Origin: Candidatus Kaiserbacteria bacterium
GTDB lineage: Bacteria > Patescibacteriota > Minisyncoccia > Phycocordibacterales > UBA2100
Length of the DNA stretch: 64,000 bases
Reading direction: 5' to 3'
NCBI GenBank assembly: GCA_016867375.1
Contig: VGJQ01000002.1
Coordinates: forward strand, 368-64,367
Shown here piece by piece: positions 36,701-46,041 of the stretch; the first letter of the stretch is position 1; each line of letters starts with the position of its first letter. The position numbers were made by a program, and so were the translations under genes. The notes beneath the pieces are model-generated. The model was not told the origin of the DNA and did no database searches. It worked only from the letters and a program-made list of their open reading frames with translations.

Positions 36701-39700
36701 TATGAATCCGATTCGCGTGAGTCCGATGAGCCGTAGCGCGGGGGTTATATCGCAGTACAACGTAACGTTTCCCGCCGCGACCTCGATTCCGCTTGGCGGT
36801 CAGATTGTGCTCACCTTCCCCTCCGGTTTCGACGTGACAAATGCCGCGATGGTCGCCACCTCCTCGAACGCCTCATTCTGCAACACCGACGTCAACGGCC
36901 CCATGAGCGGTTCGCCGTACATCTTGAGCGTGTCGAACGACGCCAATGCCGGCACCATCACGCTCAATACCGCCGGCGCCGCATCCGGCGCAAACGCGTT
37001 CGTTTGCCTCGACATCGCGGGCATCGTGAATTCGACCGTGCCGTCCACTGCCGGGTACGTCGTTGACCTCAAAACGCGCGACACCGCCGGCAATAACCGC
37101 GCGATTCTCGAAACAAAGAGCGCGGCGCCGTTCTTCCTCGGCGTTGCGGGCACACGCACGCTCACCGTCAATGTCTTCAACGACGGCAACGCAAACAGCA
37201 CGATCAACGCCAATGAAGGCATCGGTAACGTAAAGGTATTTCTGTTCTCGCCAGCGTCCGGAGGACAAATGGCGACGACATCCGCATCGGGTGTTGCGAC
37301 GTTTACCTCGCTCGCCGACGGCGATTACATGCTCGGCCTCGATCCAGGCTCACTCGCGACTGCCTCCTCGACCGTCACCTACAATTCCGCGCCTCAAAAC
37401 TTCACCGTCTCGGCCACCACGCTTGTCAAAAACATCATCGTCTCGGGCGCGGGCAGCACCGTAACGATCTCCGGCACGATCACCGGCCCGTCGGGCACGT
37501 CGATCGACATCTTCGCTTCAAGCCCCAACGGTTTCTCCAAGAAAACGATGACTCTGACCGCCGGCCCCGATGCGTACTCGATCCCCGTTCAGACCAACAG
37601 CACGTACAACATCGGCGTCGGTCCGGCAATGCCCGACACCGCCTTCATCCCGGGCGCTCCGCCACCGCCACCGCCGACGTTCACCTTCATGCCGCCGCCG
37701 TCCTTGATGGTCACGGTCGCTACCACCTCGGTTTCGGGCAAGAACTTCACCCTCTCGAGCGCCTCGAAGACGATCACCGGATCGGTCTTGGATTCCGCGG
37801 GCAACGCCGTATCGAACGCCGGCGTCTTCGCGCGCCCCGTCTCCAATTCGACCGGCGCGGGCGGCGCATCGGGATCGGATCTCGGCTTCGGCACCGGCGG
37901 CATGACCAACACCTCGGGCGCGTTCACGCTCAATGTGGTGCCGGGCACGTACCTCGTCGGCGTGTTCAAGCCGGGTATGCCCAACGTGCCGGATCAGCAA
38001 ATCACCGTGCCGTCGAGCGGCGCCAACACGCCTTCCTCGCTTACCTTCAAGCTCGGCGTCGGCTCGTCGCTCACCATATCGGGTACCGTCAAGGATGACA
38101 GCGGCAATGCGGTACCATATTCCGGCGTTTCCGGCCGCAAAATCACCTCGACATCCGATACGACGCCGATCGGCGGCGGGCAGGGCAACTTCGTCGGCGG
38201 GCCGGCCGACGCCAACGGCGCTTACACGCTCTACGTCACCAACGGTGTCTGGCAAATCGAGGCCTATGCACCGGGCTTCGGGAAGCTCGGCTCCAAGACC
38301 ATTACCGTAGCAGGCTCCTCGCTCTCCGGCCAAGACTTCTCGGCCCAAACGCTTTCGATTGGCACGATTACCGGCTCGACGACCGTGGCATCGGCCGGCG
38401 TGCAGGGTGTGATCGTCCGCGCCGAGGGCGCCAACGGCGCCAACATGGCCGTCTCGGATGCGACCGGCTCGTATAGCCTCAAGGTCCCGGCCGGCACCTA
38501 CACGCTCACGTGCGTCTTCCCGGGACAGGGCGATTCGACCCCGACGACCGGTGTTGCCGTCACGGCCAACAACACTACGAGCGGCCAAGATTGTGCGCTT
38601 GCCGCGCCGATCACCGTCACCGTCAGGCTCACCGACGGCACCAATCCGATCACCAACGCCTTCGTCGACGCGCGCACCTCGACCGGCCGTGGCAATGGCA
38701 CCGGCGACAACGCCACGAGCAGTATCTACGGCGTCTACACGCTCACGCTCGCGCCGGGCACGTACACTATCCGCGCGGGCAGTCCCGCATTCGGCCCCAT
38801 CGGCTCGACCGCCGGGGTCTCCTCGACGCAAACCATCACCTACACAACGCCTAAACTCTACAGCGTAACGGGCACCGTCTCGGCCTCGGGTGTGGGTGCG
38901 ATTAACACATGGGTATCGCTCACGGGAACGCCCACAGGCCAGACCAACATCATTACGACCGGTTCGCAAACGGGCGCGGGCGGCGCCTTCGCGATCTCCG
39001 TGCCGGCGGGGAGTTACCAGATCCGCGCGGACAAACCGGGTTTCATCTCATCGACGCCTTCGACTGTCACCGTCACCGGCGATACCGCGGCGGGGACGCT
39101 CGCGCTCACGACCGCATCCCTCACGATCTCGGGCCAGGTCACGTTGTCGGGTAGCGGCGTCTCGGGCGCATTCGTCGACGCGACGAACGGCTCGGGTGGC
39201 TTTGCAGTAGCGCAAACTGACGCTTCCGGTAACTATTCGCTCGCCGTTTCTTCGGGTACATGGACGGTAACCGCGCGCTCGATAGGGTATTCAGGTGCGA
39301 CAACCGCCTCGGTGGTCGGCGGATCCGCCTCGGGGCAAAACATTGCGCTTTCGGCGATCAGCGGCTTCACGGTCAGGCCCGAGCGCCAGGAAAACGTCAC
39401 GCCGACCATGGGCGGCCTCCTCACTAATTCCGACATCGGCAACGCCTTCAAACTCAACATTCCGGCGAACGCCTTGGGCACCGGTTCAAACGCGGGTACG
39501 GTCAAGACGCAGAACAATACCGCGCTTCCCAATATCGTCAACGGCACCGTGCTCGCTAAAAGCGGCGTTTCGATCAGTGCGGTCGATGCGTCCGGCCAGC
39601 CGGTGAAAAACCTCAACGATAGCGTTACGATTACCGTACCTTACAACGAAAGCGATATTCCGAGCGGCCGATCAGAGAGTGATTTGCAACTCGGCGTGTG

Positions 39701-40751
39701 GAATGATGCGACGGCTGCGTACGACATCCTCCCGACCACGGTCGATGCGGTGAACAATACTTTGACCGCGACCGTGTCCCACTTCTCGGATTTCGCGCCG
39801 ATAGTCCCTGCACAATCGACGACTCCCGGCGTGACGCCCGCAAGCACCCCCGTTGGCAATGGTGCGCCGGTGGGCGGCGGAGGCGGAGGCGGAGGCGGTT
39901 CCACAGGCCCCGCGCCGCGTGCGCAGATCATCTATCCGGATGGTCGTATCGTGTACCTCGATCAGATGAACGGTTCGGAAGCGAAGGTGACCGCTGCTGC
40001 GGCGCCTGCCCAATTCACGAACGCTCCGAAGTCTCTCTCCGACATTCATATCGGCACCACTGTTTCCGGTCGCTTCGTTGCTGCGCTCAAACAAGGTTCA
40101 CGCGGCAAGGACGTTTCGCGCCTGCAAAAGCTCCTTGGCGTCGAAGAAACGGGTTACTTCGGTCTCAAGACCGTAAAAGCCGTGCAAGAATTTCAGCTCA
40201 CTTACGGTGTCGTAAAGAAAAACGGCTCTGGTTACGGGTTGCTCGGCCCCAAGACACGCGCCAAACTCGAAGAAGTATTTTCTTCGAGAGCGATATCGGC
40301 GCAAGCGAGTGCACAAGGACAAACGTCGAGCGGCAACGCTTCGGCTGTTGCAGCCGTCCCGTTCACGCGCACACTCACGGTGGGGATGACAGGCGACGAC
40401 GTGAAGCTTCTCCAGATCATCCTCAACGGCGATCCCGATACGCGGCTTGCCGCATCGGGCGACGGCAGCCCCGGTATGGAGACAAACAAGATTGGCCGCC
40501 TCACCATAAGAGCCATTGAGAAGTTCCAGATCAAACATGGGCTTGTCAAGAAAGGTGCGAGCGGTTTCGGCAATCTCGGCCCCAAGACACGCGCCAAGTT
40601 GAACGAAATCCTCACGGCGCCGGTCGTGGTGACGGAAACAGTCGTCGCGACTTCCTCGCCATCCGTCCCTTCGGTCGCTACGACGACGGCAGCGTCGGCT
40701 GGCGCAACGGTGACGGCAACGACGACCGTCGCCACCAGCACCGCGCAATAG
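33795..40751 (+). CDS. Giant cell-surface protein (2318 aa): signal peptide, many Ig-like and carboxypeptidase-regulatory-like beta-sandwich repeats, Gly9 and Pro6 linkers, two C-terminal peptidoglycan-binding (PGBD-type) repeats
   Basis: Single uninterrupted ORF. N-terminus MRNIIRFFGALGILSVFLFTGLHIASA. Recurrent ..TGSV.D..G..V..A.V......G.Y.L.V..G.Y.. modules. Two copies of LKQGSRGKDVSRLQKLLG..GYFG..T..AV..FQ...GL...G..G.LGPKTRAKL at the C-terminus. Confidence 0.8.
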   Translation: MRNIIRFFGALGILSVFLFTGLHIASAAITSNTAADLTITGQTIKASSTPLAVIGLNVAVNAGEKLASTSIMIAGSNGFAVATDLAPLGTATSSGIALYRDTNGNGRFDAAADTVVPLASAPVFTGATTTLSLTGAGETPISNAGGNNYFLVVQTAGAAVNGHAFTVSIYPGNIQYSSATPAGSPTALTTNTITVDTTAPALNAGMTGPMNGSTGVPISTFIHMGFNENLDQTTLNSSNITLTAGGSPVGIAVRPFPDGFDVVVSNPPSYAASSRFAKASTVSTGFFGVNGTNTIFPQGTYTAPVVGDIVFTQFDTFAPDIGIVTNNTLTSGTFGVNGFALFRPAQITKFAVPNSIGAVTAATGVGIGDLIVVNTSANPTDVKYNWHVVTTADAVNGASLRLDGSGAAPTYQSGSSFSRLLPAATSTVNGSGVLNASTTFAVGDLVFAHLSAGGDNLNRYAWHLVTAVTGAGILGPQGGGGTISLDGGTPTFANNSVVAKLTTAGNGAVDTGTPDATSFSFGDIMFSKVTANAGNTGSYAFHMISNGATGATSTALRLDNSASNLLPSTAYVATASTGVKDAAGNALASPVTLSFTTGSTGGTNTTPPAVMNTQPQQGNQQFAPNGKIALTFSVTMLADGGANAVNNAAVVVLSTSVNGAPGSAVTATRSYDATTNTLTVTPSANLATNTEYVVQVTTAARTTTGVSMPGEYRLYFRTASAVDNTAPTVPGVNPAAGSTGISLSQVFTAGFSKDMDPATVSTSTVKLLTQVGGTAVAGNVSYNPMSRSANFVPSVVLNTSTGYRFQIGAGLTGPADLAGNRLAATSTSFATTTASADAVSPIVSFASADNFGIAVTFSETMKTGSGPNAADNIANYTLESPTGTSISLGGKTVVYDAGTRTARISGLSLQNGNTFKVTIATPVQDLAGNGISTAGTPAGNLSFGTVQSSSMTGGQLGPGTGTMDQSQQGMNPIRVSPMSRSAGVISQYNVTFPAATSIPLGGQIVLTFPSGFDVTNAAMVATSSNASFCNTDVNGPMSGSPYILSVSNDANAGTITLNTAGAASGANAFVCLDIAGIVNSTVPSTAGYVVDLKTRDTAGNNRAILETKSAAPFFLGVAGTRTLTVNVFNDGNANSTINANEGIGNVKVFLFSPASGGQMATTSASGVATFTSLADGDYMLGLDPGSLATASSTVTYNSAPQNFTVSATTLVKNIIVSGAGSTVTISGTITGPSGTSIDIFASSPNGFSKKTMTLTAGPDAYSIPVQTNSTYNIGVGPAMPDTAFIPGAPPPPPPTFTFMPPPSLMVTVATTSVSGKNFTLSSASKTITGSVLDSAGNAVSNAGVFARPVSNSTGAGGASGSDLGFGTGGMTNTSGAFTLNVVPGTYLVGVFKPGMPNVPDQQITVPSSGANTPSSLTFKLGVGSSLTISGTVKDDSGNAVPYSGVSGRKITSTSDTTPIGGGQGNFVGGPADANGAYTLYVTNGVWQIEAYAPGFGKLGSKTITVAGSSLSGQDFSAQTLSIGTITGSTTVASAGVQGVIVRAEGANGANMAVSDATGSYSLKVPAGTYTLTCVFPGQGDSTPTTGVAVTANNTTSGQDCALAAPITVTVRLTDGTNPITNAFVDARTSTGRGNGTGDNATSSIYGVYTLTLAPGTYTIRAGSPAFGPIGSTAGVSSTQTITYTTPKLYSVTGTVSASGVGAINTWVSLTGTPTGQTNIITTGSQTGAGGAFAISVPAGSYQIRADKPGFISSTPSTVTVTGDTAAGTLALTTASLTISGQVTLSGSGVSGAFVDATNGSGGFAVAQTDASGNYSLAVSSGTWTVTARSIGYSGATTASVVGGSASGQNIALSAISGFTVRPERQENVTPTMGGLLTNSDIGNAFKLNIPANALGTGSNAGTVKTQNNTALPNIVNGTVLAKSGVSISAVDASGQPVKNLNDSVTITVPYNESDIPSGRSESDLQLGVWNDATAAYDILPTTVDAVNNTLTATVSHFSDFAPIVPAQSTTPGVTPASTPVGNGAPVGGGGGGGGGSTGPAPRAQIIYPDGRIVYLDQMNGSEAKVTAAAAPAQFTNAPKSLSDIHIGTTVSGRFVAALKQGSRGKDVSRLQKLLGVEETGYFGLKTVKAVQEFQLTYGVVKKNGSGYGLLGPKTRAKLEEVFSSRAISAQASAQGQTSSGNASAVAAVPFTRTLTVGMTGDDVKLLQIILNGDPDTRLAASGDGSPGMETNKIGRLTIRAIEKFQIKHGLVKKGASGFGNLGPKTRAKLNEILTAPVVVTETVVATSSPSVPSVATTTAASAGATVTATTTVATSTAQ

Positions 40752-40902
40752 AGGGGTGTTGCCGCAAAAACAACCGAGTAAAGCACCTACGCAAGCCTGG
40801 CTCGCATGTATACCTACTCTCGGTCGAGCGACTCTCGGTCGTGGTGCGTTAAGCTTCCAACAGATGGTCGGTGCCCGTCTTGCCCATGGAAGCAGACACC
40901 GA

Positions 40903-40938
40903 ATAGGCGGCCGCTGACTAAAAAAGTCAGCGGCCGCC
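40903..40938 (+). terminator. Strong hairpin GGCGGCCGCTGAC-TAAAAAAG-TCAGCGGCCGCC downstream of the giant gene
   Basis: 13-bp perfect stem; no clean T-tract, so terminator function is uncertain. Confidence 0.45.
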
Positions 40939-40948
40939 ACTCTCTTGT

Positions 40949-40978
40949 TGACTTTCACGGGCGTTTCGCATATATTTA
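40949..40978 (+). promoter_or_regulatory. Candidate sigma70-type promoter for the rpsZ-secY ribosomal cluster (-35 TTGACT, 17-nt spacer, -10 TATATT), followed by a ~180-nt leader
   Basis: Hexamer match and spacing read directly. Confidence 0.4.
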
Positions 40979-41158
40979 CTCCTGCCTCGTAGGGGCTTCG
41001 TTTTTGGCTGATCTTGGGTCTCTCTTGGCCCAGATATCGCAAGAATCAAGCCACACAGGGGAATCCCATAACCAGGTACCGAAAGGTCTGGTGCAGGGTC
41101 TCCGAAACTCCTCTAGGCAACCCCTCGACATGGCTCGGGGTACAATTCTTCGCATTTT

Positions 41159-41344
41159 ATGGCTAAAACATCAATGAAAGTGAAGGCACTTCGCACCCCG
41201 AAATTCAAGTCGCGGGTCGTTCGTCGCTGCTTCAAGTGTGGCCGCCCGCGTGGTTTTATGCGTGATTTCAATCTCTGCCGCATTTGCTTCCGCGAAGAAT
41301 CTCTCGAGGGCAATATCCCTGGCATTAAGAAATCGAGCTGGTAG
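41159..41344 (+). CDS. rpsN: 30S ribosomal protein S14 type Z (zinc-ribbon form, 61 aa)
   Basis: [23 protein letters not shown] (CxxC..CxxC). Confidence 0.9.
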   Translation: MAKTSMKVKALRTPKFKSRVVRRCFKCGRPRGFMRDFNLCRICFREESLEGNIPGIKKSSW

Positions 41345-41371
41345 TCCAAAATATCTCACTATAAAAATCCT

Positions 41372-41767
41372 ATGGTTACAGATCCTGTCGCAGACTTCAT
41401 AAATCGTCTCACCAACGCTGGCGCGGTGGGCCACAAGACCGTTTCGCTCCCGTTTTCACTCTTTAAGGCTGCAATCGCCGAGAAGCTCAAAGAAGCTGGC
41501 TATGTCGCCGCGATCGAGAAAAAGGGCAAGAAAGTCCGCAAGACTCTCGATATTACCCTCAAATACGACGAGGCAGGCAAGCCGGTGATCCATGGCGTCA
41601 AGCGCATTTCCAAGCCAGGCCGTCGCCTGTATCGAAGCGTCAATGAAATCATTCCCGTCCGCTACGGACACGGCGCACTCGTGCTCTCTACTCCCAAAGG
41701 CATCATGACGGACAAAGAGGCCCGTAAGGCTAATGTCGGCGGCGAGGCCCTGTTTGAAATCTGGTAA
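41372..41767 (+). CDS. rpsH: 30S ribosomal protein S8
   Basis: MVTDPVADFINRLTNA N-terminus and ..GGEALFEIW C-terminus. Confidence 0.9.
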   Translation: MVTDPVADFINRLTNAGAVGHKTVSLPFSLFKAAIAEKLKEAGYVAAIEKKGKKVRKTLDITLKYDEAGKPVIHGVKRISKPGRRLYRSVNEIIPVRYGHGALVLSTPKGIMTDKEARKANVGGEALFEIW

Positions 41768-41969
41768 GGTTTGTCCCACGAAATGAGCGCATTCCGTGCG
41801 TTCATTTCGTGGCTGACAAACCTTACCCAGCACCTTTTCAAGTACGAATCAATGGTAACTTGGCAGGGTCTCGGGAAAAAGGTATGTTTAGTCACCACAG
41901 TACCAATAGCGTGAAAGGTGCTGGGTGTAAGAGCTTCTAAGCTCGTTACACTCGCTAATAATCTCTAAC

Positions 41970-42506
41970 ATGAGTCGACTTGGCAAAAAATCAATCCATA
42001 TTCCGTCGGGGACTGAGGTCGCCGTCTCGGGGCACGAAATCACCGTCAAGGGCAAAAACGGTACCCTCAAGAAGTCGATCCATCCGGCGGTCTCTATCAT
42101 GGTCGCAGATGGCGCTGTCTCGGTCTCTCCGGCGACCTCGAGCCGCCTTTCCAAGGCCCTCTGGGGTACGTATGCGGCCCACGTAGGCAATATGCTCAAA
42201 GGTGCCTCTACCGCCTTTTCAAAGAAGCTCGAAGTGCAGGGCATCGGTTACAAGGTCGAGCTCTCCGGTAAGACGCTCAACCTCTCGGTCGGATTTTCGC
42301 ATCCGGTCAAGGTCGAGATACCTGAAGGCATCTCGGTGACAGTCGAGAAGAATACGATCACGATTTCAGGAGCTGATAAGGATGCGGTCGGACAGTTTGC
42401 CGCCAATGTCCGCGCTATTAAGAAGCCAGAACCATACAAGGGCAAGGGCATCCGGTATGAAGGCGAGGTCGTACGCATGAAGGAAGGTAAGAAAGCGGGA
42501 GCATAA
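41970..42506 (+). CDS. rplF: 50S ribosomal protein L6
   Basis: [17 protein letters not shown]..; spc-operon order. Confidence 0.9.
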   Translation: MSRLGKKSIHIPSGTEVAVSGHEITVKGKNGTLKKSIHPAVSIMVADGAVSVSPATSSRLSKALWGTYAAHVGNMLKGASTAFSKKLEVQGIGYKVELSGKTLNLSVGFSHPVKVEIPEGISVTVEKNTITISGADKDAVGQFAANVRAIKKPEPYKGKGIRYEGEVVRMKEGKKAGA

Positions 42507-42517
42507 TCCACATTTTT

Positions 42518-42862
42518 ATGGCACTTACAAAAACACAACAGAGACAGCGTCGTCACAATCGCGTCCGCGCGAAGGTCGTCGGCACCGCAGATCGCCCGCG
42601 CTTGTCGGTCTTCAAGTCCAATACACGCCTCGTCGCGCAGATCATCGACGATACCAAGATGGTGACGATCGCCGCTATCTCTTCAGACAAGGAGAAGGGC
42701 AAGACCCCGCGCGAGCGCGCGGAAGCATCGGCAGTGACGCTCGCAAAGGCAGCACGGGGGAAGGGTATCAAGGCAGTGGTGTTTGATCGCGGCGGATTCC
42801 AGTACAAGGGTACTATCCAGGTATTTGCCGATGCGGTCCGCGCTGCGGGATTAGATTTCTAA
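42518..42862 (+). CDS. rplR: 50S ribosomal protein L18
   Basis: [18 protein letters not shown]..; operon position. Confidence 0.85.
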   Translation: MALTKTQQRQRRHNRVRAKVVGTADRPRLSVFKSNTRLVAQIIDDTKMVTIAAISSDKEKGKTPRERAEASAVTLAKAARGKGIKAVVFDRGGFQYKGTIQVFADAVRAAGLDF

Positions 42863-42874
42863 TATATTCATAGT

Positions 42875-43447
42875 ATGGCAACCGAACACACAACGGAAAA
42901 GGAGGAAGCAAAGGTCGTCGAGAATGGTCGCGCTGATCATCGCGGTCCGCGCGGTCGCGGTGGAGATCGAGGGGGTCGTGGCGGCAGGGGTCCGCGCGAT
43001 GATCGCGCTCCCCGCAGCGAGTATTCGCAAAAGCTCATCGGCATCCGTCGTGTCGCACGCGTCATGGCAGGCGGTCGCCGCTTCAATTTCAGCGTATGCA
43101 TAGTGATCGGCGACAAGAAAGGCTCAGTCGGTGTCGGCTTGGGTAAAGCGGCAGACACAGCGCTTGCGATCGAGAAGGCTACCCGCGATGCCAAGACCAA
43201 TATGATCAAGATCTCCCTCACCAAAAATCGCTCAATCAAGCACGACGTATCATCCAAATATTGCGCATCGGTCGTCGGTATCCGCCCCAGCCCTGGCCGT
43301 GGTCTCGTCGCGGGCTCGTCCGTCCGTACCGTGCTCGAGCTCGCCGGCGTATCCGATGTCACCGCCAAGCTCCTCTCTCGCAGCAAGAATCCGATTAACA
43401 ACGCGCGTGCAGCTGTCGATGCGCTGCGCCAGGTAATAGAAAAATAA
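42875..43447 (+). CDS. rpsE: 30S ribosomal protein S5 with RGG-rich N-terminal extension
   Basis: IRRVARVMAGGRRFNFSVCIVIGDKKGSVGVGLGKA core, N-terminal GRGGDRGGRGGRGP. Confidence 0.9.
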   Translation: MATEHTTEKEEAKVVENGRADHRGPRGRGGDRGGRGGRGPRDDRAPRSEYSQKLIGIRRVARVMAGGRRFNFSVCIVIGDKKGSVGVGLGKAADTALAIEKATRDAKTNMIKISLTKNRSIKHDVSSKYCASVVGIRPSPGRGLVAGSSVRTVLELAGVSDVTAKLLSRSKNPINNARAAVDALRQVIEK

Positions 43448-43473
43448 CGAGCACAGCAAGTATATTTTTCATT

Positions 43474-43578
43474 ATCCAGCACCACTTTTGACTTTCAGTT
43501 GAAAATATGAAAAACTATCTTCTCATGTTACAGACAGGTATCACCATATCGCACTCGCACTCAAAAGTGGTGCTGGAT
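43474..43578. repeat. Perfect 18-bp inverted repeat ATCCAGCACCACTTTTGA / TCAAAAGTGGTGCTGGAT separated by 69 nt, in the rpsE-rplO spacer where rpmD (L30) normally resides
   Basis: Read directly; no L30 ORF is present. Confidence 0.75.
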
Positions 43579-43617
43579 GGTGATTTTTATTGTCGCTTCG
43601 CTCTGTAAAAATCTACC

Positions 43618-44067
43618 ATGGCAAACCTTAATTCTCTCAAACGGGTAGGCGCGACGAAGAAGATGCGTGTCGGACGCGGTGGCAAGCGCGGCAAGACTTC
43701 TGGTCGCGGTACCAAGGGTCAGAGCGCGCGTGCAGGCAACAAAAAGCGCCCGGAATTGCGCGATATCATCAAGCGTCTCCCAAAGCGCCGCGGATATGGC
43801 AAGAATCGCGCCAAGGGTGTGATCGGCTCATACATAAAGCCGCTCGCGATTCCAGTCGGTCGCCTCGAAAATCTCTTCGACACAGGTGCGGAGGTAAATC
43901 CGCAGACGCTCGCGATGCGCGGCATCGTCAAAGGCAAGGGGAGCCGCGTCCCGCAGATCAAGATCGTCGCAGGCGGCGATTTCTCCAAGAAATTGTCATT
44001 TAGCAAGGTCGGTGTCTCCGCTGCTGCCAAGACGGTGATTGAAAAGGCAGGGGGCAGTGTAGTATAA
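43618..44067 (+). CDS. rplO: 50S ribosomal protein L15
   Basis: MANLNSLKRVGATKKMRVGRGGKRGKTSGRG.. Confidence 0.9.
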   Translation: MANLNSLKRVGATKKMRVGRGGKRGKTSGRGTKGQSARAGNKKRPELRDIIKRLPKRRGYGKNRAKGVIGSYIKPLAIPVGRLENLFDTGAEVNPQTLAMRGIVKGKGSRVPQIKIVAGGDFSKKLSFSKVGVSAAAKTVIEKAGGSVV

Positions 44068-44070
44068 ATA

Positions 44071-44101
44071 TGCAGTTTACAGTTTACAGTTTACAGTTTA
44101 C
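44071..44101. repeat. (CAGTTTA)4.4 tandem heptanucleotide repeat followed by three degenerate CCACTGTC repeats, between rplO and secY
   Basis: cagtttacagtttacagtttacagtttacag read directly. Confidence 0.85.
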
Positions 44102-44162
44102 AGAAACTCGCGGTCGAGCCGGTTTCCACTGTCCTCTGTCCACTGTCTACTGTTAACTTCTT

Positions 44163-45437
44163 ATGTTCGAGACTTTCATTCGCAAACTCAAGCTTGTCTT
44201 TGAAGACAAGACGATCCGGACGCGTATCCTCTTCGTGCTCGGGGCGCTTATTGTATTTCGCTTGCTCGCCGCGATCCCTGTGCCGGGTATCAATGCCGCC
44301 GAACTCCAGGCATTTCTCACCAACAATCAATTCCTCGGACTTCTCAACGTCTTCTCGGGAGGCGGTTTTTCCAATCTTTCGATCGTCATGCTCGGCGTCG
44401 GTCCATATATCACTGCGTCTATCGTGATGCAGCTTTTGACCGTGCTCGTACCCAAGCTCAAGGAGATGTATCAGGAAGAGGGGGATGCTGGCCGAGCTCG
44501 TTTTATGCAGTATTCTCGCTACCTCACGCTTCCGCTCGCGCTCATCCAGGGTTTTGGTTTCATCTTGCTTCTTCAGCAGAATGGCATTTTGCCGGAACTC
44601 ACGATCCTCGGCTTTGTCACCAATATGATGGTCACTGCTGCCGGCTCGATCCTTCTTATGTGGATCGGAGAGCTCATCTCAGAATACGGCGTCGGCAATG
44701 GTGTATCGCTCATCATCTTTGCCGGCATCGTCGCTGCGATCCCGACGAGCGCCGCGCAGTTCTTCTACTCGTTTGACCCTGCACAGCTTCCCGCATACGT
44801 CGGATTCTTCGCGGTCGGTATCGCCATCATGGCGGGTGTCGTCTTCATCACCGAGGCCGAGCGCCCGATCCCTGTCACGTATGCGCGCCGCGTGCGCGGT
44901 ATGAAGGTCATGGGCGGCGTATCCACGTATCTCCCGCTTCGCGTGAATCAGGCGGGAGTCATGCCCATCATCTTTGCGCTCTCTATCCTGCTTTTCCCTC
45001 AGATGATCGCGACCTTCCTCTCCAAGAGCTCGATCCTCTGGCTTGCCGAAGCTGCGCGCGCCGTCGTCGTCGCACTCAACAATCAGTGGCTCTATGGCGC
45101 GCTCTATTTCGTCCTCGTATTTATCTTCACGTATTTCTACACAGCGATCACCTTTGAGCCGCATCAGCTTGCGAAGAATCTGCAGAAGAACGGCGCTTTC
45201 ATCCCCGGCGTGCGCCCAGGCCAGAATACTTCAGAATATCTCGCCAACATCATCACGCGCATCACGCTCGTCGGCGCCCTCTTCCTCGGGTTTCTCGCCG
45301 TCTTGCCGATCATCCTTCAGGGCATTACGGGTATCACTGCGATCACAATCGGCGGCACCGCACTCCTCATCGTCGTCTCCGTAGTCCTCGACCTCGTCAA
45401 AAAGGTCGACGCGCAGACCTCGATTCGGGAGTATTGA
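44163..45437 (+). CDS. secY: Preprotein translocase subunit SecY
   Basis: Ten TM helices, conserved LNVFSGGGFSNLSIVMLGVGPYITASI plug and TM2 region. Confidence 0.9.
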   Translation: MFETFIRKLKLVFEDKTIRTRILFVLGALIVFRLLAAIPVPGINAAELQAFLTNNQFLGLLNVFSGGGFSNLSIVMLGVGPYITASIVMQLLTVLVPKLKEMYQEEGDAGRARFMQYSRYLTLPLALIQGFGFILLLQQNGILPELTILGFVTNMMVTAAGSILLMWIGELISEYGVGNGVSLIIFAGIVAAIPTSAAQFFYSFDPAQLPAYVGFFAVGIAIMAGVVFITEAERPIPVTYARRVRGMKVMGGVSTYLPLRVNQAGVMPIIFALSILLFPQMIATFLSKSSILWLAEAARAVVVALNNQWLYGALYFVLVFIFTYFYTAITFEPHQLAKNLQKNGAFIPGVRPGQNTSEYLANIITRITLVGALFLGFLAVLPIILQGITGITAITIGGTALLIVVSVVLDLVKKVDAQTSIREY

Positions 45438-45506
45438 CAAGAATACATAGTATGTGATATACTTTATTTTAGAGTACAAACTGCAGTACTCGGATTGGAG
45501 GGTGCG

Positions 45507-45905
45507 ATGGCTACTCGTGAGAAGGTACTTGAATTCCTATCAGCTATTCAGGCTGAGCAAAATGCGCTGAAGATCATCCGATCGATCTCGGACCAAAACG
45601 TCGAGTTGTCTGACTTGGACGAGAAAGGTCTCGAGGTGGTTGGGCGGGCTTATACGGCGGCTATTGAGAAAATGTTGCCGAATCTTCTGGATATCACCGC
45701 TGGCGTATACGCGAAGCATTATACCGACGACGAGATCAGCCAACTCACGACCTTCTATACCTCGCCTCTTGCGCAAAGACAAACCTCTCTAGCGAAAGAG
45801 ATCAACGAGGCCGTCGGCGAATATCTTGAGGGGGCAAAGGAAGATATTGTGAAGATTATTAAAGGAGCCATCGACGACGTCGATGGCATAAAGAAGTCCG
45901 ACTGA
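45507..45905 (+). CDS. Hypothetical cytoplasmic protein (132 aa)
   Basis: GGAGGG SD 8 nt before ATG 45507 (track start 45495 is TTG). Confidence 0.5.
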   Translation: MATREKVLEFLSAIQAEQNALKIIRSISDQNVELSDLDEKGLEVVGRAYTAAIEKMLPNLLDITAGVYAKHYTDDEISQLTTFYTSPLAQRQTSLAKEINEAVGEYLEGAKEDIVKIIKGAIDDVDGIKKSD

Positions 45906-45934
45906 TGTTGTCCCGCGCCACCGTGTATACGGCC

Positions 45935-45969
45935 GGCGCGGGATTCTTTTTATTTTTTTTGGTATAGTG
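45935..45969 (+). promoter_or_regulatory. First copy of a 33-bp direct repeat GCGGGATTCTTTTTATTTTTTTGGTATAGT containing an extended -10 (TGgTATAGT); second copy at 47630-47664
   Basis: Direct repeats bracket the hicBA/phd-relE island; -10-like hexamer TATAGT at 45964-45969. Confidence 0.5.
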
Positions 45970-46041
45970 TCGCAGGTCGGGCTTATGACACTAGCGAGGA
46001 ATTCATTTTGTATATGGGTAGATTCGGGGTATACTACAAAT

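Noticed and set aside
34316-40094. Numerous 60-480-aa ORFs antisense to or overlapping the giant surface-protein gene (e.g. 34694-35767, 37518-38969 minus)
   Set aside because: Typical open antisense frames in a GC-rich, repetitive coding region. The forward 2318-aa ORF is uninterrupted and domain-consistent.
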